This document shows positions 1 through 8,815 of a stretch of 10,470 bases of DNA, piece by piece. The stretch comes from Deltaproteobacteria bacterium TL4. Lineage in GTDB: Bacteria; SAR324; NAC60-12. The stretch covers positions 1-10,470 of the forward strand of contig JBBCAX010000233.1 of assembly GCA_051382335.1 (NCBI GenBank), in the 5' to 3' direction. Every line of letters begins with the position of its first letter. Position 1 is the stretch's first letter. The position numbers were made by a program, and so were the translations under genes. The notes under the pieces were generated by a model, which was not told the origin of the DNA, did not search any database, and was given only the letters and a program-made list of their open reading frames with translations.

Positions 1-1896
1 ATCATTAACACCGGTCACCGTCACGGTATGAATTCCGTTCCAATCGTCAGGAGTAAAGATCAAGGAGGCTGGAGAAACCTTGCCTTCCGTGGTATCCGAA
101 CTGCTGATTCCCACAGTGACATTGGCAGTAGGCTGGCTATTGAGTCGAACCGTAAAGCTGGCAGTCCTTCCATCTTCCTTCGTATTGCCACTGATCTTGG
201 ACACGTTGATTCCCGCCACATCGTCATCTTCGTTGATGACGGTCACATTATCAGGATCGAGTGCCTTATAATGACTATCTGTTGAAACGGCTGGGGCTAA
301 AATAACCGTGAAACTCTGATTATTATCCTGCACAGCATCATCAATACCAGTCACCGTCACCGTATGAAGCCCGTTCCAGTTGTTAGCAGAAAAGGATAGT
401 GAGGTCGGAGACACAGTGCCCTCGGTGGAATCAGAACTGCTGACTCCTACCGTAACCGTTGAATCCGGTTGACTGGTGAGTTGTACGGTGAACGTCGCCG
501 TTTTTCCTTTTTCACTCGTAGGGCCACTAAGCGTGGAAACGATAAAATTGGCGGTGTCATCATCATTGTTGACCACACTGACGTCAGGTGGATTCATTTC
601 GTTGTAATCCCAGTCTGAAGACGTTGCTGGTTCCAAAATAATATGAAAAGGTTGATTGCCATCAATCGAGTGGTCGTTCACACCCGTTACTGTGATTTCA
701 TGGAGACCATTCCAATTATCAGCGGTAAACGTCAAAGAAGCGGGAGCGACAATTCCCTCTCCTTCGTCAGAACTATGAAGCATCACCTGAACTTCTGCAG
801 TAGGCTGGCTGGAAAGGCGAACCTTGAATAACGCAATTCCACCTTTTTCGGTTATCACGCCCTGTGGTTCACTGACTATAAATCCGGCAGAGTCATTATC
901 CGTATTATGAAGCAACACATTCTCAGGATCCAAATGATGGTAAGTGGAATCGGTAGAAACAGCAGGGGAAAGTAGCACTGTCACAGGCTGATTCCGATCG
1001 GCGACAAAGTCATCCTTTCCAGTCACGGTAATGGTTTGTAGTCCCTTCCAATTGTCAGGGGTAAATTTGAGCGAAGTCGGAAAGACCTCGGCTTCTCCTG
1101 TATCAGAACTGCTGATTCCAATGGTTACCTCTGCCATCGGTTGGCTGGTCAGCCTTAGGGTAAATTGCGCTGAACTGCCTTCTTCTGTAGGCGTTCCTAC
1201 AACAGCACCCAATAAAAATCCCGCCCGATCATCATCAACATTGATCACGGAAACATCATCTGGATTTAAACCATTATATTTGGGATCGGAGGACTGGGCC
1301 GCAGACAGGACAACGTTGAAGGTGTTGTTTGCATCCTGCACGTCATCATTGACGCCAGTCACGGTCACTTTTTGCAGACCTTTCCAGTTGGTACTGGTGA
1401 ATGTCAGTTGCTTTGGAGACATCGTACCTTCGGTTTCATCGGAACTGCTGACTTGAATGCTCACATTTCCCAGGGGTTGACTATTGAGACGTACCGTGAA
1501 GGTGGTGGTTCCCCCTTCCTCAGTAACATTCCCACTGATGGAGGCAACGGTATACCCAGCGGTTTCGTCATCCACATTGGTGAGCGGAACATCGTGCAAA
1601 TCCTCATTTTTGAAGGTTGGGTCTTCCGTGGAAGCCAGAACCGGATGGATTGAAAAAGCTTGATCGCCATCATCCATGTCATCATCCAACCCGGTCACAG
1701 TAACGATTTGTGGAGCGTTCCAGTTATCAGGAGTGAAGGTCAGTTGTTTAGGGGAAACCGTTCCCTCTGTTTCATCGGAACTGCTTAAACTTACGACGAC
1801 CTGACCGAGGGGTCGCGATGTCAGATGGAGTGGAAAAGTGGCCCAACTCCCATTTTCCTGGATATTTCCAACTGGTGTCCCGATAGCAAACCCGGA
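1..1896 (-). repeat. Six tandem 336-bp (112-aa) Calx-beta/cadherin-like coding repeats, the last one partial
   Basis: The conserved Trp codon of FTxxNWxG recurs at 1720, 1384, 1048, 712, 376 and 40, an exact 336-nt period. Shared motifs include F.V.L.SQP...V....SSSD..EG.V.P..L.FT..NW and TVTG.DD...D.NQ, plus acidic N.DDD.AG linkers. Confidence 0.92.
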
Positions 1897-4800
1897 ACTA
1901 TTGAGGATGACATTGGAAATCGTACCACTGCTGGCTGTATCCAGGGTGCTTAAATTTCCGCCACTCATCTGAATGTCCGCAACCTGGCCATTGGTCATGC
2001 TGATATTGGTGGTATTTTCAATCGCCAGTGTAGCGACTTTTCCTGACACAGTGGATTGGAGGGTGGAGTTGTACAGGGCTACTACCGCATTGCCGTTAAT
2101 CGTGTGGGTGTTTGTGTTTGAAAATTGTACCGTTCCACCTGTGGTGATCAATACGCCTCCTGAAAGGGCACTTCCGCCATTGAAAATGACGTTTTTTCCT
2201 GTGCTGGTGATCAAGCCACCGGTCATGGTCACGAGACCATTAAATGTCAGATTAGCCTCTCCCGTTATGATCCGTTCATTCACGTCATTCAACGTCACTG
2301 GTTGTGCTATGGTCAAATCGCTACTAGCTGAACCCAGTACCAGGATCTTATTGTTCAAAGCCAACGTACCTAACGTAAGTGCCTGATCACTGGTGATCTT
2401 CGAATCCCCTGTGAGCATCAACGTGGTAGAAGCATCAGTCAGTACCGTTCCTCCGCTAAGATCCAGGTGTCCTTTAAGTACCAGCGTTCCCCCTCGGAGA
2501 TCGAGGATCGACCTTGCCGGATCTACTTTTCCATTTTCACCTGCCGCAAAGAAGGTTTTCTGACTCTCTCCATCAATTTCCAGAATTCCCCCGGGGAGTG
2601 TCGTCACCGTCCCTTTAAAGGAAGGAGACTTTATAAGGAGTTTCAAGGTTCCACCTTCCTGAATGGTCACATTTCCACTGAAAGGTGCGTTTGTTCCATC
2701 CCAGGTGATGGTGTGTCCTTTGGCAATGATGACGGTATCATCGGATTGTCCACAGTCGCTATTTCCAAATACCAAAGCTCCGGCATTGAGCAGGTTTCCA
2801 TTTTGCTGACTTTGACAGTGGATTACATAATTTTCCGTGTGGAAGACTTCAGGATTTTCAGCGGTGTCAACCGCAAAGAATTTGAAGACCGTATTCGATG
2901 TGAATAACAGTGCCTTGGTATAACGTGTTGAAGAGACCGTCGGCGTACTGCCGTCAGTCGTATAGTAAATGGAGGCGCACCCTGTACCGGAACCATCTTT
3001 ACAGCTCAAGGTTACCGATTGCGGTGAGGTATAAGTTGCACCTCCAGGGGCTGCTATTGTTACTGGCTTCTCCAAGTCAATGGTATAGTTCTGGGTTGAA
3101 ATGCTTTCCTTGTTGCCCGCTTGATCGATGGCAAAATATTTTAGAGTCGTATTTTGCCCCATATTGAGCGCATTTAAATAAACAGGAGAGTCTTCTGTAG
3201 GATCGCTGTTGTTGGTTGTGTAATGAATCGCTTTGCATCCTGTGCCAGAACCATCCCCACAGCTTAACGTAATAGATTGGTTGGAATTGAAAATTTTTCC
3301 TTTAGGCGATACGGTTGTGGTGGGAGGAAGTGTATCAGTTACTGCAATAAGGATCTCATCAGCAGAACTGTATAAAACTCCATCGGTGACGGTCAACTGG
3401 AATCTGTATTCCCCCGTTTGATCCGGCTTAAAAACTGGAGCAACTACAGTCGAAGCACTGAGAGACACGGTACTTCCTTCGGGAGCCAGAATTCTTTGCC
3501 ACTGATAGGTAATAGATCGACCCCCTGTAACAAAACTGCCGCTGCCGTTCAAAGTAACAGCAGTGCCAAATTCAATGGTCTGATCCGCACCTGCCTCAGC
3601 GATTGGCACGCCAACTTCCAAGGATGTGGTTGCAGTGTTATTTTCCAGGTATCCATCTTTTTGCGACGAAGATGAAAGGACTTCCACTTTAAATGCGTAA
3701 TAAGGAGCGTCAGCGACAAAGGAGGCGTTAGCCTGAACACGTACCGTGGAAGAAGGTGCCAAAGTCACAACGGAAACACTGGGGCCAAGCAAACTTTGTG
3801 CGGTCGGAGTTTCAAGGTAGAATTTCACCTGAAAATTTTTGGCGGTTGAAACGCTGCTGAGATTTTCCACATCGGCCCAGACGGAAACCGTGGCCCCGAC
3901 TTCAGGACTTTCTGGAATAAATCCGATATTTCTGGAGACAATCCTTAAATCCGGTGGAGGCGGTTCGGCAAGTCCATAGATTTTCAGCGATCTGTTAGTG
4001 ACATTTTCCTGAACACGGACATAGAGCGATACCGTATTAGGCGTGTCTGGAGTTGTCCAAGTCACAGAAACCGTGCTTTGACCTCTTTGCGCGGCAACGC
4101 TTCCGCTGGCCACCTCAGCAATGAGGACTCCATTCACATCCGGATCACCCAGATAAAAACGGACGGTTTCATTTTCAGAATCACGACCCCCATTGTTTTG
4201 AATGGTTGAGCTGAGCGTGATTTTCGAAGAAATCTGCGGAGTATTGTTTGAAAACTGAATTTCAACAGGATAAAGCTCCGCCTTGACTGGAAAAATCGTC
4301 AACGCTTTTTGACTCCGGTTATTGTCTTCCAGGTCTTCGGCAATGGTATTGCTGGAATCCACCACCGCATAAATCGCGTGAGAGCCTGCCGTTACTTGAT
4401 TTTTTGAGGTGTCCCAATCAATGGACGCTGTCATTTTATCATTAGCCGCTAATGGCCCCGTCATTGTTGTTCTGCCAATTTCTTTTCCTGAAGCATTAGG
4501 ATCTCCATCATAAAAAATGACACCAAAACCGGCTTCAGAATTCAAATCGGATTGCCCCACATTATAGACATCGACAAAGACGGTAACGTGTTCGCCCAGT
4601 ACCGGTTCTTTAGAAAACCGCAATCCGCTGTTTTGTATATGAGTCATCTGATAAGGCCGTAAATCCGGTAAGGCCTCACGGATACCGATCGATTTGCTGA
4701 CCCGATTGTTATACTCATTCGATTCTTCAATCACTTTTGCTGTATCCACCACGGCGTAAATCACATGATTCTGTGCTGCTGAAGGGGTCCAGGCATGGTC

Positions 4801-7800
4801 ACAGTCCACTTTACGGCTGGCTTGGGTTGCCAAGTTTTCGGAAACGGTTTTACGACAGAGTTCACTGCCATTATCAGGCGAGCCATCGTAAAGTATGACT
4901 TCAAAGGGACCATCGGTGGTTTGCGTTCCCACGTTTTGCACAGTGATTCCAAGCTGAATCGCCTGTCCCTTGACGGAATACAATCCACCTCCAATAGAAT
5001 AAACTTTGTCTCCATTGAAATGAATGGCGCTGACAGTCAGGTCAGTCTGAGGCAAAGGAGGTGGAACATCTGAAACTTCGGGATCAGGAAGTGCTATAAC
5101 GTTCAAAGTGAGGACGGTTTCTCCCTGGAGATTGCCATCAAACACACGAACCACCGCTGTATGCGCTCCAAGAGCGACGGGTAAATAAACACTGGTAGAA
5201 AATTGACCTGCTGGGGAAATGGTTCTTGCCGAATAGACCTTTTTGTCCAATTCAATGGTCACTTCGGCACCCATGACTTTCATCTGATTGGCCCATTGGT
5301 AATGAGCGTCTCCTGCCAGGGAAACTCGATAACCCGAGTACAGTTTTGAAGCTGAAACGCTGGCATTGACATCAATTCCGTAATTTCCGTCAGGGGCATT
5401 GCCAACCACGATCACCGCAGTGACCTGATTGTTTTCAAAGCTCACCTCTGGAACCGGATAAGGAGCGGATAACCCAACATTGGCCGTATATTCCGCTTTC
5501 AGATTGAGAATTTTGGTGCCATCCGTATAGCCGGAGATGGGAGCGCTGTTTTTGTCATAGCCGACTTTCCACGGAATTTGGAGCGTTTGGGAAGATTCTT
5601 TGCGAATCATAGCGACCGTTTGATTGCCCAAAAAATTATTCCAGTTGATTTCCCCCTCATATAATCCCAAAGTGACTGCGGAAGGCGTATCGAGGACACC
5701 TGCGTTACGGACCTCGACATTCACGAACACCGTGTCTCCCCGTTGTGGGTTCAGGACGATACTGCCGACTTCATTGGTAAAAAAGATTCCGTCCCGACTG
5801 ACTTCCAGGTCTGAAAATTCGGAGGTATCTTCAACGGTGAGTTTCTGACTGGTGTAAAGAGACCATTCCTTATCAGCGTTTTGCACTCTGAATTCAACCC
5901 GGTAGGTGCCGGAATACAGATAGTTGATGGTTACATTTGCCGTGGTTCCGATTTCGGCCGGACTTCCGTCGGTATTATTTTCAATTTTTATCAGCCTCCA
6001 GCTATAGTCAATGATCGTTTCTGCTTTCGGTCCTGAACCCTGGAACTCGACCACCTGGCCCTGATGGGGAGCCGAAGGCGTGATACTCTTAATGACAGCG
6101 ACCGGTAGTGTGTTATTGACCTGCACCGTAAGGGTTGCGGTATCGTTTAAACCCTGATTGTCGGTGACCGTTAATTGAAAACGGAGTTCTTCCTGATTGG
6201 TTTCAATCGAGGGTGCGGTGAAGGTGGTTTGAGCGCTCGTAGCGTCAGCAATTGTAGCCGAAGAGCCTGCGGTTTGCTCCCAGTGGTAAGAAGCAATCGT
6301 GCCATCCAGGTCTGAAGAAGCGGTACCATCCAAAGTTCCCTGTTCGCCTTCATCCACTTCAGTAGAGCCACTTCCTTGAGCCAAGGGAGTCAGGTGAGTC
6401 GATCCCAAATTCAGCGTATGCTCATTAGTCGTTAGCGACCCAAAGGTAAGAGGGTGGTCGTAACTGATACTGACATTTTCCGTCAAGGTCAGATGGGTGT
6501 TTTTGTCGGTCAGCAACGTAAATCCTGTCATCTCCAGGTTGGATCCCAAAATCAAAGATTCCCCGCGTATATCCAGTGTCGCATTTCCTCCGTTGAGTAT
6601 TCCGTTTAGAGTCAGGGTTCCGTTGAGATCCAGTGTTCCTGTTCCGGCAAGGGTGAAGGTAATGGAATTTTCGATGATGAAATCCTCCTGCAAGGTCAAG
6701 ATCTTGTCAGAGGCAATATCCAGGGTAGCATTTCCCTCCAAAGTCAACTGGGCGAGCGTAACGTTTTCGTTGACCTCAATTCTGGAACCAGCGGCATCCT
6801 CATTGACCGTCACTTTGCTCACGGTTCCAGTACCGTTGAGACTCAAAACACTGGTAGGTGTTGCCAGACGGATGGGGTAGGTCGCGTTGATTGCGCCACT
6901 GCCCTTGAAGCTGAGATTCATGTTTCCGCCAATCAACAACGCGGCTCCGGTGTAATAGAGGGGAGCTTCAGCGTCGATGGTCGAAGAAGCCAGCAGTAGG
7001 ATAGAAGTCGTAATGGTGACTGACTGATCCACATCCAACGTACCCCCAGCCAAAACAACCTGGTTGGTAATTTCACCACCAGACCCAGTAATGCGTAACG
7101 TCCCGCCCTGTTGAATCGTGATTTTCCCCGTGATTGGACCGCCTGTTCCGTCCCAAGTCACCACATGGCCGGAAGCAATGACCACCTCGCTGTCCGCTTT
7201 GCCGCAGATCGCATGATTTCCAAAGGAGCTTGAGGAGAGCATGGACCCATTTTGGGTACTGATACACGACTGAACGCTCAAATCAAAGCTGGGGAGGCAG
7301 GTTGTCTCATTTCCGTCATTTACGCAAATCCTAACTCCGGTGTTCATGCCTAGGTCATTCTTGGAGGGAGTTCCCGTTAGAGCGCCGGTTGCCGTGTTAA
7401 AGCTGGCCCAGATGGGTTTGTTGGTAATACTGAAACTTAAATTATCGCCATCGCCATCATTTTTAGTGGGTACAAAATTGTAAGCTTCGGAATAAGTGAT
7501 ATGAGTCGCAAGAGAGCCACCATCCGAAATCGTAGGAGCATTGTTACTCCAAATAATAAACCGATTGAACGAGGAAAGCTCTGAGACCGTCATTTGATAG
7601 GGACCACTGCCTAACACAGCTCTTGAAGATGGTGTCAAATTTGTGTAGCCACTGCCATTCCAGATTCCGGCAAATAAAGCGTTAGAACGGAAAAACGAAC
7701 TTCCTTCATCAGCTTGGTTCCACTGGAAGGTCAAGGCAGCATTACTCCCACCAGTGGTATTTTCACTCACCAGCCATTCCAGGTTGATCAATTTGTCTGC

Positions 7801-8427
7801 CTTAACAGGCGGATTGAAAACAGAACTGCCAACACGTACTGAAAAGTTATCAGAAGTTCCGGCGTTATTGATCGTTAAAGGATTGTAAGCGGTTGCCGTA
7901 GGTCCTACAGGGAATACCGTGTTCGCATTGCTGATTCCGTTGCGGGTCAGTGTTCCGGTACCATCGGTGACCACATAATTTGAAGCAGAAGCATTGTTGA
8001 TTGAGGTGGTATTGGAGAGAGTGAGGTTGTTATTACCTAAGGTCACTTTTCCCGCGGTCAGGTTTAAGGTTCCATTTACTGAGGCACTTTGCTGGAGCAC
8101 CACACCGGACACGTTATTGACCGTGAGATGACTGAAGCTGAGCTCGGTGCCATCGCTTTTGCCTAAATTCTGAGCGGAGGTTCCCTGGAGGATTACGGTT
8201 CCATTCCCTGAGGTGAACGTTCCCGCCTGGTTCCAATCACCCGTGACCGTGACCGTCCCGCTGCTAACCTCAAAAGTCGCCCCCTTCGCTGTTGTGATGG
8301 CCCCCTCTACGGCTGCGGCTCCATTGAGATCAAGTTTTGCTCCGGAGGGTAGTGTCAATCCCTGACCATAAGCCCATCCAGCGATGGTCATCATCATTCC
8401 CATCAAAACGATCGCTTTGCCTCGCAT
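1..8427 (-). CDS. Giant (>2809 aa, 3'-truncated by the window edge) secreted multidomain surface protein/adhesin with Ig-like, PKD-like, CARDB-like, CHB_HEX_C-like and Calx-beta-like repeats
   Basis: ATG at 8427 preceded by AAGGAG. N-terminus MRGKAIVLMGMMMTIAGWAYG|QG looks like a Sec signal peptide. Manual translation stays in one frame to position 1 (...DWNGIHTVTVTGVND). Approximate domains: Bacteroidota-like module ~8300-7555; He_PIG-like 7545-7273 (NKPIWASFNTATGALTGTP); G8-like/solenoid 7266-6400; PKD-like ~6390-6118 (TLDGTASSDLDGTIASYHWEQ) and ~6117-5830; CARDB-like ~5811-5404, ~5043-4680, ~4668-4295, ~4281-3975, ~3954-3612 (e.g. IYAVVDTAKVIEESNEYNN); PKD-like 3606-3340 (PIAEAGADQTI); two CHB_HEX_C-like 3336-2821; second G8-like/solenoid 2817-~1900; Calx-beta-like repeats 1896-1. 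Confidence 0.93.
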   Translation of the reverse strand, partial: MRGKAIVLMGMMMTIAGWAYGQGLTLPSGAKLDLNGAAAVEGAITTAKGATFEVSSGTVTVTGDWNQAGTFTSGNGTVILQGTSAQNLGKSDGTELSFSHLTVNNVSGVVLQQSASVNGTLNLTAGKVTLGNNNLTLSNTTSINNASASNYVVTDGTGTLTRNGISNANTVFPVGPTATAYNPLTINNAGTSDNFSVRVGSSVFNPPVKADKLINLEWLVSENTTGGSNAALTFQWNQADEGSSFFRSNALFAGIWNGSGYTNLTPSSRAVLGSGPYQMTVSELSSFNRFIIWSNNAPTISDGGSLATHITYSEAYNFVPTKNDGDGDNLSFSITNKPIWASFNTATGALTGTPSKNDLGMNTGVRICVNDGNETTCLPSFDLSVQSCISTQNGSMLSSSSFGNHAICGKADSEVVIASGHVVTWDGTGGPITGKITIQQGGTLRITGSGGEITNQVVLAGGTLDVDQSVTITTSILLLASSTIDAEAPLYYTGAALLIGGNMNLSFKGSGAINATYPIRLATPTSVLSLNGTGTVSKVTVNEDAAGSRIEVNENVTLAQLTLEGNATLDIASDKILTLQEDFIIENSITFTLAGTGTLDLNGTLTLNGILNGGNATLDIRGESLILGSNLEMTGFTLLTDKNTHLTLTENVSISYDHPLTFGSLTTNEHTLNLGSTHLTPLAQGSGSTEVDEGEQGTLDGTASSDLDGTIASYHWEQTAGSSATIADATSAQTTFTAPSIETNQEELRFQLTVTDNQGLNDTATLTVQVNNTLPVAVIKSITPSAPHQGQVVEFQGSGPKAETIIDYSWRLIKIENNTDGSPAEIGTTANVTINYLYSGTYRVEFRVQNADKEWSLYTSQKLTVEDTSEFSDLEVSRDGIFFTNEVGSIVLNPQRGDTVFVNVEVRNAGVLDTPSAVTLGLYEGEINWNNFLGNQTVAMIRKESSQTLQIPWKVGYDKNSAPISGYTDGTKILNLKAEYTANVGLSAPYPVPEVSFENNQVTAVIVVGNAPDGNYGIDVNASVSASKLYSGYRVSLAGDAHYQWANQMKVMGAEVTIELDKKVYSARTISPAGQFSTSVYLPVALGAHTAVVRVFDGNLQGETVLTLNVIALPDPEVSDVPPPLPQTDLTVSAIHFNGDKVYSIGGGLYSVKGQAIQLGITVQNVGTQTTDGPFEVILYDGSPDNGSELCRKTVSENLATQASRKVDCDHAWTPSAAQNHVIYAVVDTAKVIEESNEYNNRVSKSIGIREALPDLRPYQMTHIQNSGLRFSKEPVLGEHVTVFVDVYNVGQSDLNSEAGFGVIFYDGDPNASGKEIGRTTMTGPLAANDKMTASIDWDTSKNQVTAGSHAIYAVVDSSNTIAEDLEDNNRSQKALTIFPVKAELYPVEIQFSNNTPQISSKITLSSTIQNNGGRDSENETVRFYLGDPDVNGVLIAEVASGSVAAQRGQSTVSVTWTTPDTPNTVSLYVRVQENVTNRSLKIYGLAEPPPPDLRIVSRNIGFIPESPEVGATVSVWADVENLSSVSTAKNFQVKFYLETPTAQSLLGPSVSVVTLAPSSTVRVQANASFVADAPYYAFKVEVLSSSSQKDGYLENNTATTSLEVGVPIAEAGADQTIEFGTAVTLNGSGSFVTGGRSITYQWQRILAPEGSTVSLSASTVVAPVFKPDQTGEYRFQLTVTDGVLYSSADEILIAVTDTLPPTTTVSPKGKIFNSNQSITLSCGDGSGTGCKAIHYTTNNSDPTEDSPVYLNALNMGQNTTLKYFAIDQAGNKESISTQNYTIDLEKPVTIAAPGGATYTSPQSVTLSCKDGSGTGCASIYYTTDGSTPTVSSTRYTKALLFTSNTVFKFFAVDTAENPEVFHTENYVIHCQSQQNGNLLNAGALVFGNSDCGQSDDTVIIAKGHTITWDGTNAPFSGNVTIQEGGTLKLLIKSPSFKGTVTTLPGGILEIDGESQKTFFAAGENGKVDPARSILDLRGGTLVLKGHLDLSGGTVLTDASTTLMLTGDSKITSDQALTLGTLALNNKILVLGSASSDLTIAQPVTLNDVNERIITGEANLTFNGLVTMTGGLITSTGKNVIFNGGSALSGGVLITTGGTVQFSNTNTHTINGNAVVALYNSTLQSTVSGKVATLAIENTTNISMTNGQVADIQMSGGNLSTLDTASSGTISNVILNSSGFAIGTPVGNIQENGSWATFPLHLTSRPLGQVVVSLSSSDETEGTVSPKQLTFTPDNWNAPQIVTVTGLDDDMDDGDQAFSIHPVLASTEDPTFKNEDLHDVPLTNVDDETAGYTVASISGNVTEEGGTTTFTVRLNSQPLGNVSIQVSSSDETEGTMSPKQLTFTSTNWKGLQKVTVTGVNDDVQDANNTFNVVLSAAQSSDPKYNGLNPDDVSVINVDDDRAGFLLGAVVGTPTEEGSSAQFTLRLTSQPMAEVTIGISSSDTGEAEVFPTSLKFTPDNWKGLQTITVTGKDDFVADRNQPVTVLLSPAVSTDSTYHHLDPENVLLHNTDNDSAGFIVSEPQGVITEKGGIALFKVRLSSQPTAEVQVMLHSSDEGEGIVAPASLTFTADNWNGLHEITVTGVNDHSIDGNQPFHIILEPATSSDWDYNEMNPPDVSVVNNDDDTANFIVSTLSGPTSEKGKTATFTVQLTSQPDSTVTVGVSSSDSTEGTVSPTSLSFSANNWNGLHTVTVTGIDDAVQDNNQSFTVILAPAVSTDSHYKALDPDNVTVINEDDDVAGINVSKISGNTKEDGRTASFTVRLNSQPTANVTVGISSSDTTEGKVSPASLIFTPDDWNGIHTVTVTGVND
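2821..3336 (-). repeat. Two tandem 258-bp (86-aa) chitobiase/beta-hexosaminidase C-terminal (CHB_HEX_C/Fn3-associated)-like repeats
   Basis: TLSCGDGSGTGCKAIHYTTNNSDPT...TLKYFAIDQAGN and TLSCKDGSGTGCASIYYTTDGSTPT...VFKFFAVDTAEN; offset 258 nt. Confidence 0.85.
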
Positions 8428-8431
8428 AATA

Positions 8432-8437
8432 CTCCTT
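8432..8437 (-). promoter_or_regulatory. Shine-Dalgarno site of the giant ORF
   Basis: Minus strand reads AAAAGGAG-TATT-ATG, with the ATG at 8427. Confidence 0.8.
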
Positions 8438-8447
8438 TTTTTAATTT

Positions 8448-8468
8448 GAATTAGGAATTACGAATTAC
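8448..8468. repeat. Heptamer tandem repeat GAATTA(G/C) x3
   Basis: GAATTAG-GAATTAC-GAATTAC, about 10 nt upstream of the RBS of the giant gene. Confidence 0.7.
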
Positions 8469-8508
8469 TTTTTAGCCGCGAGTTGATGCGGATATGTTAT
8501 GGCTTTGA

Positions 8509-8598
8509 GTTATTCTGTCCAAGTCTCATCGTGTTTTTCACAATATTGCCTCATACAAAAATTCGAGCGGCTTACTTCTACTTTGGTAAATTAGCCAA
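8509..8598 (-). repeat. Direct repeat copy A: decayed copy of the leader and first codons of the DUF1566 gene, containing a 10-aa mini-ORF MRLGQNNSKP (8529-8497)
   Basis: Ungapped alignment of 8509-8572 with 9767-9830 gives 52/64 identities (29/32 in the CAATATTGCCTCAT...GCGGCT core). It is followed by a TTGG-N8-CCAA hairpin matching TTGGG-N7-CCCAA of copy B. Confidence 0.85.
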
Positions 8599-8618
8599 GA
8601 ACAAATAACCAAATAATC

Positions 8619-8801
8619 GGCACCTTTCAAAAATACGGAAAAGTAGTTAACAGTTTTATAATAGTTACTTCTTTCTTTATTTTAACGCAAAGGCGCTAGG
8701 ACGCAAGGAACGCAAAGGGTTTTAAACTATTTCTTTGCGCTCTTTGCGTCTTTGCGACTTTGCGTTAAAGATCAACTGTAAACTGAAAAATGAAAGGTGC
8801 C
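8619..8801. mobile_element. 183-bp MITE with 11-bp perfect terminal inverted repeats and an 8-bp target-site duplication
   Basis: TIRs GGCACCTTTCA (8619-8629) and TGAAAGGTGCC (8791-8801). Flanking direct repeat AAATAATC at 8611-8618 and 8802-8809. Subterminal IR AGTTAACAGTT (8645-8655) / AACTGTAAACT (8774-8784), 10/11 match. No transposase. Confidence 0.85.
8681..8769. repeat. Long palindrome (37-bp arms, 15-nt loop) built of CGCAAAG subunits; REP-like doublet inside the MITE
   Basis: Arm 8681-8717 TTTAACGCAAAGGCGCTAGGACGCAAGGAACGCAAAG versus reverse complement of 8733-8769 TTTAACGCAAAGTCGCAAAGACGCAAAGAGCGCAAAG: 32/37 identical. Confidence 0.9.
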
Positions 8802-8815
8802 AAATAATCCACTCA

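Noticed and set aside
28..7267. About 20 short ORFs from the track on both strands within the giant gene
   Set aside because: They are antisense or alternate-frame shadows of the continuous minus-strand ORF and have no recognisable protein motifs.
8476..8491. Small hairpin CCGC-N8-GCGG as a terminator
   Set aside because: Only a 4-bp core stem and no U-tract on the 3' side in either orientation.
8657..8662. TATAAT box on the plus strand inside the MITE
   Set aside because: No credible -35 at 16-18 nt, AT-rich context, and it points antisense to the genes.
8681..8769. c-di-GMP-I riboswitch (GGACGCAA-like motif) or CRISPR array
   Set aside because: The motif is one subunit of a CGCAAAG palindrome. 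There is no GNRA/receptor two-stem architecture and no repeat-spacer periodicity.
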